A stretch of 64,000 nucleotides of DNA from an uncultured bacterium (GCA_963765625.1 CAVXXD010000013.1:103394-167393), one strand, 5' to 3'. Positions 28,489 through 38,450 are shown, counted from the stretch's first letter. The notes: generated by a model from the letters alone, not told the origin. A program made the numbers and translations.

Positions 28489-29259
28489 ATGGAAGATACG
28501 AACGCCGCCGGCAGCACGGACCGGATGCACGAACTGACGGTGGTCCTGCCCACCTATAACGAGAAAGAAAACGTCCGCAAGATCGCCGAAGCGATTCTTT
28601 CCCAGCCCCTGGACCTGGGCCTGCTGATAGTAGACGACGGCTCCCCCGACGGCACCGGCGACATCGCCGACGAGATGGCCGCGGCCGACCCCCGCATCCG
28701 GGTGATGCACCGCGAGGGCAAGGGCGGCCTGGGCACCGCTTACCTGGCCGGCTTCCGTTACGCCATGGACCGCGGGGCGGAGTACCTCTTCGAGATAGAC
28801 GCCGACTTCTCCCACAACCCCGCCGACCTCCCCCGCCTCTACGAGGCGGCCTCCAAGGCCGACGCGGCCATCGGCTCGCGCTACGTCAAGGGCGGCGGCT
28901 GCGAGGGCTGGAGCTGGTTCCGCTGGATGATCAGCCGCGGCGGCAACCTCTACACCAAAATAGTGGCCCGCACCAAAACCACCGACACCACCGCCGGCTT
29001 CCGCTGCTACACCAGACGGGTGTTGGAGGCGCTGATGGCCCTGGACCGCATCGACGCGCGCGGCTACGCCTTCCAGGTGGAGATGACCTTCGTGGCCGAA
29101 GCCCTGGGCTTCGAGATCACCGAGGTGCCCATCACCTTCACCGAGCGGGTCGAGGGCGAGTCCAAGATGAGCGGCAACATCTTCGTCGAAGGCCTCAGGG
29201 TAGTCTGGGGCCTGCGCCGCAAGTACCGCGACCTCCTCAAGGCGAAGAAGGCAAAATAA
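28489..29259 (+). CDS. GT2 family glycosyltransferase, polyprenol/dolichol-phosphate mannosyltransferase (Ppm1/DPM1-like)
   Basis: LTVVLPTYNEKEN...LIVDDGSPDGT...GKGGLGTAYLAGF...DAD motifs. Start at 28489 in the 27889 frame after GAGAGG. Confidence 0.75.
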   Translation: MEDTNAAGSTDRMHELTVVLPTYNEKENVRKIAEAILSQPLDLGLLIVDDGSPDGTGDIADEMAAADPRIRVMHREGKGGLGTAYLAGFRYAMDRGAEYLFEIDADFSHNPADLPRLYEAASKADAAIGSRYVKGGGCEGWSWFRWMISRGGNLYTKIVARTKTTDTTAGFRCYTRRVLEALMALDRIDARGYAFQVEMTFVAEALGFEITEVPITFTERVEGESKMSGNIFVEGLRVVWGLRRKYRDLLKAKKAK

Positions 29260-29283
29260 CCCGCCACGGGTCAACCCCGTAGG

Positions 29284-29392
29284 AAAGTTGGGGTCAGACC
29301 CTTTCTTTAGTTTCTCTAGGCAGGCTGCTTTCGAATGCCGGTTTCGGAGAAATTCAAGAAAGGGTCTGACCCCAACTTTCTTTCCGGCTACG
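29284..29392. repeat. inverted repeat of the same family (GAAAGTTGGGGTCAGACCCTTTCTT arms) between convergent genes
   Basis: Arms 29284-29308 and 29367-29392 are reverse complements; lies between GT2 (+) and HAMP sensor (-) stops. Confidence 0.65.
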
Positions 29393-31079
29393 CCATCGAC
29401 CTCAGCACTTCCTGCGCCCGCTTGAGCAGCCGCTGGATGTCGGCGAAGGAACTCTTCTCATCCACGACGATCTCTTCGTCCAGTTCCCCCTCCATCAGCC
29501 TCGCGGATATGCCGTCCAGCTCGATGATGGGCCTGGTGATGAAACGTCGGGTGGCCCAGGCCATGGCCAGGGGAGAGAGCAACAGGCAGAGCGCCAGGAA
29601 CAACAGGCTGAGCCAGAGCTGGCTGGTCAGCAGGCTGCTGCTGCCGCTCTCGTACAGGTCGCCCAGGACGTCCGCCTGGGGTGTGACGTCCACTACGAAA
29701 TAATCGAACTGGTCGCTGCCGAACCCCGGATATGCGGTCCTGTTCTCAAGCACTATCACCAGGTCGCCTTCGGTGTAGTAATCTTCGTAGATGGTCACCG
29801 GAGCCCCCATCTCGGACGGCAGGGGCTGCTTGAGCTCCTCGCCTTCTTTGACGGAGGTGAAGTAACGGCCTTCACCTGTCGCCGGGTCCCGTATGAAGGC
29901 CACCGTAGAGTCGCAGTTATAGGTGTACCTGATCATCTCCACCAACCGCTCTATCACCTGGAGGCGGTCCATCTCCACATTCGGGTCCCAGAGTTCCTTG
30001 CCGATGTAGACGCTCGGGTGTGACCATGCATAATCGATGATGCTGTCGTTCGCGCCGCTCCAGTAACCCGCCATCTCCCGGTTGACGTTGTCCAGTATCG
30101 CGTCGGTCTTGTTGTTGACCAGGACTATCGAGGTGACCAGCAGCGCCACGGTCGCGACAAGAAATATAATGGTGGTCACCAGCGCCCACACCGCGATCAC
30201 CTGGTTGGTCTCCCTTTTCTGCGCGGCGGTATCGGATTCCGCTTCCGTAACGCTTTCACCTCCCGCTTTCGCCAGGATGACGCGGCCGCTGTTTACCAGG
30301 CGCTGAAGGTTGGCGAAGATGCTCTTCTCGTGTACTTCTTCCTCGGCCTCCGACTCTCCCTTGAGGATGTCCCTGGCCTCCTTGCTAAGTCGCGAGATAG
30401 GCCGCTCCAGCAGCCGGGTTATGGAGAACCTTATGATGAAGAAGGAGAGGGCCAGGAAGAGGAGGAAGATCACCGCGACCCATATTATCTGCTCCTTGAT
30501 CTGGCTGGATTTCTCTTCGTCGTAGGCCTGCTTGAGGATCTCGTTCTGCTCGGTGTTGTCGATCACGATGATGGCCTCGTCACCCGGGATTATCCCTTCT
30601 TTATCCAGGACCAGGAAGGAGCCTTCCCTCCCTCCCAACTCGTTCATGACAACGTATTCCTCCCCGCCGGCTATGCCCCTCGGCAGGTCCGGTATGGCCA
30701 TGCTCTCATCCCTGGCCCTGGAGACCACCCGGCCGTCCGCTGCGTAGTAGATCACGAAGTCCGCGTCGTAAGCCTTTTGAAAGGAATCGGTGTAAAAAGT
30801 TACGGCCTTGGTGTTGGCGGGGTCCCGCAGGGTCGAGCCGAAATCGATGCCGGTCTGTTTGAAGAACTCCTCCATGCTGGCATAACATCCCTGGATGTGA
30901 TCGGCGATCTGCCCGGCCATGGCCAGCTTCATCTGGTGGGTCTGCTCCTTCAGGTTGTTGCGCGAACTGATCATGAGGTAGAGCGATACGGAGGCGATGA
31001 GCAGGACGCAGCAGAGAGTGCTCACCAAAACGAGTTTCCTTATTTCGGCACCTTTAAACATCCTGATGAATCCGCTCAC
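29388..31079 (-). CDS. membrane protein with two tandem periplasmic-sensor + HAMP modules and no output domain
   Basis: TM - periplasmic region - TM - HAMP (ITRLLERPISRL...EKSIFANLQRLV), then the same arrangement repeated (ITRPIIELDGISARL...EKSSFADIQRLL). No kinase, MCP or GGDEF domain. Confidence 0.55.
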   Translation of the reverse strand: MSGFIRMFKGAEIRKLVLVSTLCCVLLIASVSLYLMISSRNNLKEQTHQMKLAMAGQIADHIQGCYASMEEFFKQTGIDFGSTLRDPANTKAVTFYTDSFQKAYDADFVIYYAADGRVVSRARDESMAIPDLPRGIAGGEEYVVMNELGGREGSFLVLDKEGIIPGDEAIIVIDNTEQNEILKQAYDEEKSSQIKEQIIWVAVIFLLFLALSFFIIRFSITRLLERPISRLSKEARDILKGESEAEEEVHEKSIFANLQRLVNSGRVILAKAGGESVTEAESDTAAQKRETNQVIAVWALVTTIIFLVATVALLVTSIVLVNNKTDAILDNVNREMAGYWSGANDSIIDYAWSHPSVYIGKELWDPNVEMDRLQVIERLVEMIRYTYNCDSTVAFIRDPATGEGRYFTSVKEGEELKQPLPSEMGAPVTIYEDYYTEGDLVIVLENRTAYPGFGSDQFDYFVVDVTPQADVLGDLYESGSSSLLTSQLWLSLLFLALCLLLSPLAMAWATRRFITRPIIELDGISARLMEGELDEEIVVDEKSSFADIQRLLKRAQEVLRSMA

Positions 31080-31195
31080 CGCAAAGCCCCCTTCATCGGT
31101 TTCCTTATGTCTAATAGTACCCCGGAAAGCTGGATTTTACTTCCATCAAGAAAAAAAAGAAAGAATGGTCGACAGTTGCTCGAGCGGGCGGGAGA

Positions 31196-31262
31196 AAATC
31201 AAAAAGGGGTCTGACCCCAATTTTCCTACCAATTTTCCTATGACCCCAATTTTCCTACCGGA
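31196..31262. repeat. half-unit of the same family (AAGGGGTCTGACCCCAATTTT) plus tandem CCCCAATTTTCCTACC x2
   Basis: Seen directly; intergenic between the HAMP sensor and GGDEF genes. Confidence 0.5.
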
Positions 31263-32625
31263 GGTCGTCTGAGAAGAGGCGGACCTGGTCCGGGCCGGCG
31301 GCCTGCGCGGCTTCCATAGCCAGCACGGCTTTCTCCAGCAGGACGGTGTCGTTCTCGGCGCTGGCGGGGAAGGAAGCGACGCCGACGCAGGCGGTCAACC
31401 GCTCCGCCTCCCGGCCCTTCTGGGCGGGGAAGGGGTAATCCTCCACCACCTGCCGCAGCCTCTCGGCCAGGCGCATGGCCCCCAGGCGGCGTGTCTCCGG
31501 CAGGAGCACGGCGAAGCGGCTCTCGCCGATGCGGGCAGGGACATCGACTTCGCGGGTGCTTTTTCTGATGGCGTTGCCCAGGTCGGACAGGGCCAGGTCG
31601 GCGAGGGCGCTGCCGTTGTTCCGTTCGTACTGGTCGAAACCGTCGAGCTCCAGGACGACGAGGCAGACCACCAGGCTGTAGCGGCGAGCGCGGTTTACCT
31701 CCTCCGCCAGGCGCGAGAGAAAGAAGTACTGGTTGAAGAGGCCACTGACGGCGTCGCGGGTGATGTTGGACTCCAGCTTGCCGTAGAGCTGCGATATCTG
31801 CAAGGCCAGAGAAGCCTGGGTAGCCGCAACCGTGAGCACTCCCAGGAGGTAAGGCATGAAGCCGTCCTCGTTCCGCCTGCCCACCAGCAGGACTCCGGCC
31901 GCGCGGCCGCTCATCTTCAAGGGAACGGCCATGAGGCTCTTCACGCCGGCCTCTCGCAGAAACTCGTCGGTGTCAAAGTCCTCGGGCGACAGTTTCAGCG
32001 ACAGGCTCTTGCCCAGTTCCATCACCGCGTCAAGGATTGAACCGGCAACGCGGACGCTCCTGTTGATCGGATGCGCGGCGCCCTTCCCATCGGCCACCAC
32101 CATGTCGAGTTCGCCCGGCAACTCGCCCGGGAGGAGGACAAAACCGACGTCGGCGCCGCACAGCTTGATGGCATGGACGAGCACCTCGGTCAACTTGGGC
32201 AGGGGATCGGTATAGGCATCGACCACCTGGACGCTCTCGTAGAAGGTGCTGATGTCCCTGAGGACCTGGCGCAGGTGCTCGTCGTCGGCCTCCCGCACCG
32301 AGGTGAGGTAGGCGAGAAAAGCGTTCTCAGGGCTGCCGCCCCCGATGTTAGTTATATTACCCTTGTAGCTGCTGCCTCTGCGCGCTTCTTCCCCACGCGT
32401 GCTGAAAAGAATATCCAGGCTCTTATCGCGCAAGAGGGAATCGAAGTCGGGGTATCTCGGCGGAGTAGGCACGCCCTTCGACCACTCGACGTCAGGCAGC
32501 TCGCCGACCCAGCCGGCGAACTCGATGTCGCCGCCCATCTCGTGAAGGAAGCCGTAGGCCTTCGCCGCCAGTTCGTTGTAACCGTCGAATGCGATTTTCA
32601 GGGTCACCCGCAAACCTCCATTCAT
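31255..32625 (-). CDS. GAF-domain protein with a degenerate GGDEF domain
   Basis: GGDEF-fold region (FNQYFF...LELDGFDQYERNNGSALADLAL...) in which the GG[DE]EF motif is replaced by RIGESRF; N-terminal GAF-like region. Confidence 0.6.
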   Translation of the reverse strand: MNGGLRVTLKIAFDGYNELAAKAYGFLHEMGGDIEFAGWVGELPDVEWSKGVPTPPRYPDFDSLLRDKSLDILFSTRGEEARRGSSYKGNITNIGGGSPENAFLAYLTSVREADDEHLRQVLRDISTFYESVQVVDAYTDPLPKLTEVLVHAIKLCGADVGFVLLPGELPGELDMVVADGKGAAHPINRSVRVAGSILDAVMELGKSLSLKLSPEDFDTDEFLREAGVKSLMAVPLKMSGRAAGVLLVGRRNEDGFMPYLLGVLTVAATQASLALQISQLYGKLESNITRDAVSGLFNQYFFLSRLAEEVNRARRYSLVVCLVVLELDGFDQYERNNGSALADLALSDLGNAIRKSTREVDVPARIGESRFAVLLPETRRLGAMRLAERLRQVVEDYPFPAQKGREAERLTACVGVASFPASAENDTVLLEKAVLAMEAAQAAGPDQVRLFSDDLR

Positions 32626-32813
32626 GCTTGTTGCCGCAGTGATATTCTACACTCTAAAGAATTCCTTGACCAGCGATTAATCAAGGGAAATCCCTTGTCG
32701 GAAGAGTAGGGGTGTTTACTTGAAATGAACCCGTGGTAAAATATGTTAACGGCTTTCAATATCAGGGCTTCAAGGAATCCAAACCGGGGCTGCCATAGTT
32801 AGGGAGGGTTGCA

Positions 32814-34187
32814 ATGAAGCGCAGGGTATTATCCATCTCATCCGTCGTTGTCTTCGCGTTGCTGCTGTCGTCCGTATTGGGTTCCGTCACCGTGGCGGAA
32901 ACGCCGGCCACGACGGCCGACGGCGAGAGGCTTCTTTCGGACATCTTCACCGCCCACACCGTGGACGGAGTAGACCTGAAGGTCTGGCACTACCGTCCCG
33001 AGGTCACCAGCTCACTCAATGAAGGAGCTCAGCCCATCATCATGATGCCCGGCATGGCCTGCAACTTCGACTTCTTCGACACCCACACCAAGGAAGGAGT
33101 CACCTGCTCCACCACTCTCCCGGCCGATCTGGCGGATTGGGCCGTAGGCGACACCTACCTGCAGAACGAGGACCCCATGCGCTACTACAGCCTGGCTTAC
33201 TATCTCTGGTCCGAAGGCTATGACGTCTGGATGGCCAACTACCGCGGTCAAGGCCGGGACGAGGTCCGCAGCGGCGGTGCCACCGGTTACTCCATCGACG
33301 AACTGGCCATCTACGACATGCCGGCCATCATCAGCATGGTCAGGGAACTTTCGGGCTTAAAGCCCATCTGGACCGGTCACAGCATGGGCGGCATGATGTC
33401 CTACTACTACCTGCAGGGCTGCCGGTTCGAGGACATGGCCGACCACGACTCCAGCGTCATCTCGGACCCGGCCCTGTGCGCCGAGCGCAACAATGGCGAC
33501 GGACCGCAGGCCCTGAAAGCCCTTTTCACCCTGGACAGCCCGGACAGCCCCTGCGGCGAAGTGCCATGGATACTGGGCGCGCTGGTCTATTCGGTCTGTT
33601 ACGTGCCCTGGTACCTGGACATCAGGCCCCTCACCGCCACCTTCGGCGGCATTCTCGGCGACCCCGTCCTCGGCCTGGAGAGTTTCTACCGCCAGGTATG
33701 GGCCGACTTCGGGCTGCCGGACCTCTTCTTCCCGCTCAACATCCTCCTCAGCTTCAATCCGCCAAATCTCAACGGCGACCTCGCTTCGTATTTCATCACT
33801 AACGGCGCCGACGGATTCAGCAACCGCGCCGTGATCCAGCTGATGGACGGATGCAACAACCGGGTAATGCGCGAGGACTACCGCAACGGCACCTTCAACT
33901 GGTGGCGCTGGTACCCGCCCATCCCGGCCGAAGGTGACGGTTATTACTACTACTCCAGCAACATGGACAAGATCAGCCTGCCGACGTTTATCCTCATCGA
34001 CGGCACGCGCGACATCACCAACCCCGAGGACGTCAAGGCGGTCTACGACAAGAAAACCCGCGACCCGCTGGACGACTACTACCTGGTCTCCAACTCCGCC
34101 CACGCCGACATCGTCCAGGGCTTGACCGCCCCGACGGACCTGTACCCCGCGATCGGCGCCTGGCTGGACACCTTGCCGGCCGACTGA
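32814..34187 (+). CDS. secreted alpha/beta hydrolase (lipase/esterase-like)
   Basis: Signal peptide; nucleophile elbow GHSMGG (GxSxG). Confidence 0.6.
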   Translation: MKRRVLSISSVVVFALLLSSVLGSVTVAETPATTADGERLLSDIFTAHTVDGVDLKVWHYRPEVTSSLNEGAQPIIMMPGMACNFDFFDTHTKEGVTCSTTLPADLADWAVGDTYLQNEDPMRYYSLAYYLWSEGYDVWMANYRGQGRDEVRSGGATGYSIDELAIYDMPAIISMVRELSGLKPIWTGHSMGGMMSYYYLQGCRFEDMADHDSSVISDPALCAERNNGDGPQALKALFTLDSPDSPCGEVPWILGALVYSVCYVPWYLDIRPLTATFGGILGDPVLGLESFYRQVWADFGLPDLFFPLNILLSFNPPNLNGDLASYFITNGADGFSNRAVIQLMDGCNNRVMREDYRNGTFNWWRWYPPIPAEGDGYYYYSSNMDKISLPTFILIDGTRDITNPEDVKAVYDKKTRDPLDDYYLVSNSAHADIVQGLTAPTDLYPAIGAWLDTLPAD

Positions 34188-34210
34188 ACGAAAATTGGGG
34201 TCAGATGTCC
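34186..34210. repeat. degenerate half-unit of the same family (AAAATTGGGGTCAGATGTCC)
   Basis: Between convergent stops of the alpha/beta hydrolase and the ABC-2 permease. Confidence 0.35.
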
Positions 34211-34962
34211 TTGCGGTTGAAGATGTACACGGCGCCGGAGGCAAACGCCACAATGAGGACCGTGGCGGAGGCGAGGGACGGCAGCGCCTCACCGAAGCCG
34301 CTGGTCCGGCAGATGATCCCGGAGGATACCTCCACCAGATAGCCGGGCCCGTATTTCTTCAACGGCTCGAACAGCCCGGGGATCACGAACACCGAGAACG
34401 TGCTGATCAGGGCAAGCCCCGCCGCCGCCCCGCTCGACCTGACCAGTGTGCTGTAGAAGGTGGTCAGCGACAACGCCACCAGCAGGAAGGCGCTGGTACA
34501 AACGATAGACAGCGGCACTCCGGCCGGCGAGAAATAATCGAAGATTATGACGGAATAAATGTAAAACACCGCGGTCCCAAGGATGTTGCCGCCAACGATG
34601 ACCATGGCGTTGGCGGTGTACCGGGAGAGCAGGTAGTCCCGTCTGGAGATGGGCTTGGTGAGCATCATGGCGGCCACCCGGCGCGACTTGTCGCCGGCGA
34701 CGGTCCCCATGGCGAAGATGATCACCAGCAGCAGCGCCATCTGGCTGATGAAGCTCATGTACTGCAGGGCGGCGTCGATCACGCTGGCTTCCCCGGTTAT
34801 GGTCATGGTAAGGCTGCCGGTATCGGTGACGGGCATCATCTCGGGCAGCATCTTCATGGCCAGGGGAGCGGTCATCCCGAAGACCCCGAAGATGATCACC
34901 GCTATCAGCACGCGGTAGGTCTTGAGCTGCTCGCGAAGGTCCCTGGCTAGCAACCTGCTCAC
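34201..34962 (-). CDS. ABC-2 type transporter permease
   Basis: Six TM helices; ABC-2 family organisation directly downstream of an ABC ATPase. Confidence 0.6.
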   Translation of the reverse strand: MSRLLARDLREQLKTYRVLIAVIIFGVFGMTAPLAMKMLPEMMPVTDTGSLTMTITGEASVIDAALQYMSFISQMALLLVIIFAMGTVAGDKSRRVAAMMLTKPISRRDYLLSRYTANAMVIVGGNILGTAVFYIYSVIIFDYFSPAGVPLSIVCTSAFLLVALSLTTFYSTLVRSSGAAAGLALISTFSVFVIPGLFEPLKKYGPGYLVEVSSGIICRTSGFGEALPSLASATVLIVAFASGAVYIFNRKDI

Positions 34963-35904
34963 GGTTTCGCCTCCCCGCTTCTCCCGAGCTCGTCCAGGGC
35001 GCGCATGAACACCTCTTCCAGGTCCGGCTGGTCCATGCGCAGGTTCCTGATGCCCAGGCCGAGCGCCACGGCGGCGGCGGGTACATCCATGGCGGCCGCC
35101 CGGGCGTCACGGGACACGGCCTCGATGCCGGAATCCTTCAAGTCCGCCCTCTCGCACCAGCCGAAACCCCTGATCCGGTCGAAGAAGCGCCCCGGGATCT
35201 CCCTCCACTTCCACCCACAGGGTGTTGGAATCGTAGCGTCGCTTGAGCCCGGCGATGGAATCGTCGGCGATGAGGCGGCCCCTGTCGATCATCAGCACCC
35301 GGTCGCAGACCGTTTCCACGTCCGCCAGCAGGTGGGTGGAGAAGATGATGGTCGTCCTGCCCTTGAGCCCGTCGATGTAGTCGAGGAGCTGCCGGCGCCC
35401 GATGGGGTCCAGTCCGGAGGTGGGCTCGTCCATCACCAGGATGGAGGGCCCGCCGGTCATGGCGTGGGCCAGGGCCAGCCGCTGCCTCTCCCCCTTCGAG
35501 AAACCCCCGGCTTTGCGGCTCTTCAACTTCTCCAGCCCGAAAAGCCTGATGGACTCCTCCGCCTTCTCGCGGGCTTCCTTCTTATCTTTAAAGAAGAACC
35601 CACCGAGGAACTCGAGGTGCGCAAGCGGCGTCACCCAGCTGGAGAAAGCCGGATCGTCCGGCATGTATCCCAGGTTCGAGGGCGCGCCGTTTCCGGGCCC
35701 CCCCGCCGCACCACCGAAGAGGGTGATCTCTCCCTCCGTGGGACGCGAGAGGCCGGCCATGATCTTCATAGTGGTGGTCTTGCCGGCGCCGTTAGGGCCG
35801 ACGAAGCCGACGATCTCGCCTTCGTCAACCGTGAAGGAAAGATCCTTTACGGCAGTGAACTTACCATATCGCTTTCGGAGGTTCGCGCACTCAATAATCG
35901 CCAT
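34959..35904 (-). CDS. ABC transporter ATP-binding protein, one frameshift near 35200
   Basis: Walker A GPNGAGKTT, signature FSKGERQRL, Walker B ILVMDEPT. The C-terminal about 60 aa are in the 34959 frame. Confidence 0.7.
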
Positions 35905-36106
35905 CGGAGCCGGTATCCTCCTCGCGGCCCCAGATGAGATAGGCGATCGGGCCGATCAGGTTGAAGATCAGGATCACTACAGCCCACACGATCTTGTTGC
36001 CCCTGACCCGCTCCCGCTTCAACAGGTCCACCAGGGCCACGACCATCAGCACCAGCTCCAGTATTATCAGTGGAGCGAGTAGAAGAAGCATCTGCCAGAT
36101 CTCCAT
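35891..36106 (-). CDS. PLD nuclease N-terminal (PLDc_N) domain small membrane protein
   Basis: LLLLAPLIILELVLMVVALVDLL...WAVVILIFNLIGPIAYLIWGR matches PLDc_N, commonly paired with ABC-2 transporters; start at 36106 after GGGGAGG. Confidence 0.55.
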   Translation of the reverse strand: MEIWQMLLLLAPLIILELVLMVVALVDLLKRERVRGNKIVWAVVILIFNLIGPIAYLIWGREEDTGSDGDY

Positions 36107-36220
36107 GGAGTCCTCCCCACTCGGCACGGATACCGTTTCCGCCTTCTTCTAAATCATACCATCGTTGAGCGGCTGAGGACTTTGCCGGCAGCGGGAGAAA
36201 AAGAAAGCCGGGAATTTCCC

Positions 36221-36451
36221 TCAGGCCAGAGCCTTGATCTTCTCGGCCACAACCTTCCCGCTTCCGTCGCCGGAGAAGAATTTGACCGATTTCTCGATGT
36301 AGACAGCCAGTTCAGGAAGCTGCGAGGCGCAAATGCTGTCCACGGTGGCCCCGATCAGTTCGCAATTCTTCTTCAGGGTGGCCTGGGCGATGAACTCCCC
36401 TAAGGCCTCCGAAAGGATAGCCTCGATGTCTTTTGCAAGCTTGTTAGCCAT
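36221..36451 (-). CDS. hypothetical small protein (76 aa)
   Basis: Intact ORF upstream of the HAMP gene; no recognised motif. Confidence 0.3.
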   Translation of the reverse strand: MANKLAKDIEAILSEALGEFIAQATLKKNCELIGATVDSICASQLPELAVYIEKSVKFFSGDGSGKVVAEKIKALA

Positions 36452-36457
36452 GGTCTT

Positions 36458-37315
36458 CTACTCCCCCAGTTCGTCGTCCATCTGGCTCAGGACCTTCTGG
36501 CCGCTGCGTAGCAGGCCCTGGATGGGCGCGAACGAGCTTTTGGGGTCGTACTCGAGCTCCCCCTCGAAGGTGCCGGTGACGATGCCCTCCGCCGCTTCGT
36601 TGAGGTTGTTGACGGGCTTCATGACATACTTGTTGACCAGGAACCGCAGGCCCAGGGTGGTCAGCAGGGCGAAGAGGATGATGGCGACGATCTCCACGAT
36701 GGTGAGCCTCACCAGGAGGTCGCTCCGCTGTTTCTCCAGGGTGTCCTCGATGGTCTTGAGCTCGGCGGTGCGGTCTACGATGAAGTTGGCGTAGATATCC
36801 TGCATGCCCAGCAGACTTAGGTTCACGGGAAAGTAGGCGGAGATGAAGTACCCTTCTTTGTCGCCCAGCTGGTCCAGGGTGACGTACCCGCTCTCGGGGA
36901 CCTCCGTGGACAGGGTGGCGGGGTCAAGTTCCAGCCCCTTGGCCGTGCCGGAGGCTATCAGTTCCCCGCCCTGGATCAACCCGATGTACTCGATGGGATA
37001 GAAGTTTATGGCTATGGCCGGCCCCATCTCGTTGAACGCCTGGTAATCCCCCCTCATAATGTTGTTCATCAGCTCGGGGTTGAAGTATTTCAACAGAGCC
37101 GTATTGGTGCTCATCCCGGTGATGCTGTCACCCATCTCCTTCATGTTCTGCACGGCCTGGTCGATCATCATCTGCTTGTTCTGTTCGATGTTGTCGCTGG
37201 TGGTGACGGCCACATCCACCAGGAAGTAGGAGATTACCGATATGAATAATAGCAGCGTGAAAAAGGTCGCCCAGAATATCAGTTTCTTCATCTCGCTCCC
37301 CAGCTTGCGTTTCAT
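36458..37315 (-). CDS. membrane sensor protein with single periplasmic domain + C-terminal HAMP, no output domain
   Basis: Start at MKRKLGSEMKKLIFW (37315). Ends with HAMP-like ...EGELEYDPKSSFAPIQGLL, the same C-terminal signature as 29388-31079. Confidence 0.5.
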   Translation of the reverse strand: MKRKLGSEMKKLIFWATFFTLLLFISVISYFLVDVAVTTSDNIEQNKQMMIDQAVQNMKEMGDSITGMSTNTALLKYFNPELMNNIMRGDYQAFNEMGPAIAINFYPIEYIGLIQGGELIASGTAKGLELDPATLSTEVPESGYVTLDQLGDKEGYFISAYFPVNLSLLGMQDIYANFIVDRTAELKTIEDTLEKQRSDLLVRLTIVEIVAIILFALLTTLGLRFLVNKYVMKPVNNLNEAAEGIVTGTFEGELEYDPKSSFAPIQGLLRSGQKVLSQMDDELGE

Positions 37316-37571
37316 CGCAGTCTCCTTTCCGATCTCTCCCGATGTTATACCTACCGACCAGTCGGTCAATTTAATATATATAGGATGATAGGCCGATAAC
37401 CGGTGTTCCCTGGTTCTGACACCAGAGATGTTACTTTTTGCTTGGCATGCTGCTTTATCTATATTGCCCTTGCTCGCGCCACGCCAGAAGTAATGGGTTC
37501 TTGCCGCCGGCTTGCTTAACGTTATAATTAGTCGGATGTACTCAGTCGAAGCAACAGGAGGTAGAAGAAGT

Positions 37572-38450
37572 ATGTCGTTATCGGACAAGTGTATTATCAC
37601 GGCCGCCCTGGCCGGAGCCACCACCATGAAGACCGCGAACCCGGCCGTCCCCTACACCACGGAGGAGTTCGTAGAAGAAGCTTACCGGTGTTACAACGCC
37701 GGGGCTTCCATCGTCCACATCCACGCGCGCGACATCGAAACCGGCCTCCCCACTTCCGACCTGGAGCAGCTGGGGACCATCGTCAAAGGCATCCATGAAA
37801 AGTGCCCCATCGTCATCAACCTCTCCACCGCCATCGGCATAGGCGTTCCCCCGGAGGAGCGCATCCGCGTGGTCGAGAGGTTCAAGCCGGAGATGTCCTC
37901 GCTCAACACCAACTCCATGAACTTCGCCCAGGCCGACTGGAAGAAGCACGTGGTGACCAGCGAGAGTGTCTTCACCAACACCTTCGCCATGCTGGTGGAG
38001 TTCGCCGGCAAGATGCGCGACGCCGGCACCAAGCCCGAGATGGAGGTCTACGACCTGGGCGGCATGTACAACGTCCTCTTCGTGTCCGAGCAGGAAGGCC
38101 TGTTCGTCAAGCCCCTCCACTTCCAGTTCGTCTGGGGCATACTGGGCGGCTGCCCCCTGGACATGGGCATCATGAAGCGCTACATGGAACTGATTCCCGC
38201 CGGCTCCACCTGGTCGAGCTGCGGCGTCGGACCGGCCCAGTTCCGCAGCGCCTTCCACGCCGCGGTCGAGGGCGGCCACATCCGCTGCGGCCTGGAGGAC
38301 AACACCAACATCACCAAGGGCGTAAAGGCCGCGGGTTCCTACGAGCAGGTCGAGAAGTGCGCCCGCATCGCCGAGCTGGCCGACCGCGAAGTCGCCACCC
38401 CGGACGAGGCCCGCGAGATCCTCGGCCTCAAGGGCGCCCCCGAGATTTAA
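37572..38450 (+). CDS. kce: 3-keto-5-aminohexanoate cleavage enzyme family (BKACE/DUF849)
   Basis: IITAALAGATT...PYTTEE...GASIVHIHARD...LEDN signature of the BKACE TIM-barrel family; AGGAGG RBS. Confidence 0.7.
   Translation: MSLSDKCIITAALAGATTMKTANPAVPYTTEEFVEEAYRCYNAGASIVHIHARDIETGLPTSDLEQLGTIVKGIHEKCPIVINLSTAIGIGVPPEERIRVVERFKPEMSSLNTNSMNFAQADWKKHVVTSESVFTNTFAMLVEFAGKMRDAGTKPEMEVYDLGGMYNVLFVSEQEGLFVKPLHFQFVWGILGGCPLDMGIMKRYMELIPAGSTWSSCGVGPAQFRSAFHAAVEGGHIRCGLEDNTNITKGVKAAGSYEQVEKCARIAELADREVATPDEAREILGLKGAPEI

Noticed and set aside
27889-29259. 456-aa ORF spanning acetyltransferase and GT2 genes
   Set aside because: Only its last 256 aa (from 28489) are the real GT2 gene. The upstream part is an alternative frame of the hexapeptide acetyltransferase gene with Arg/Pro-rich nonsense.
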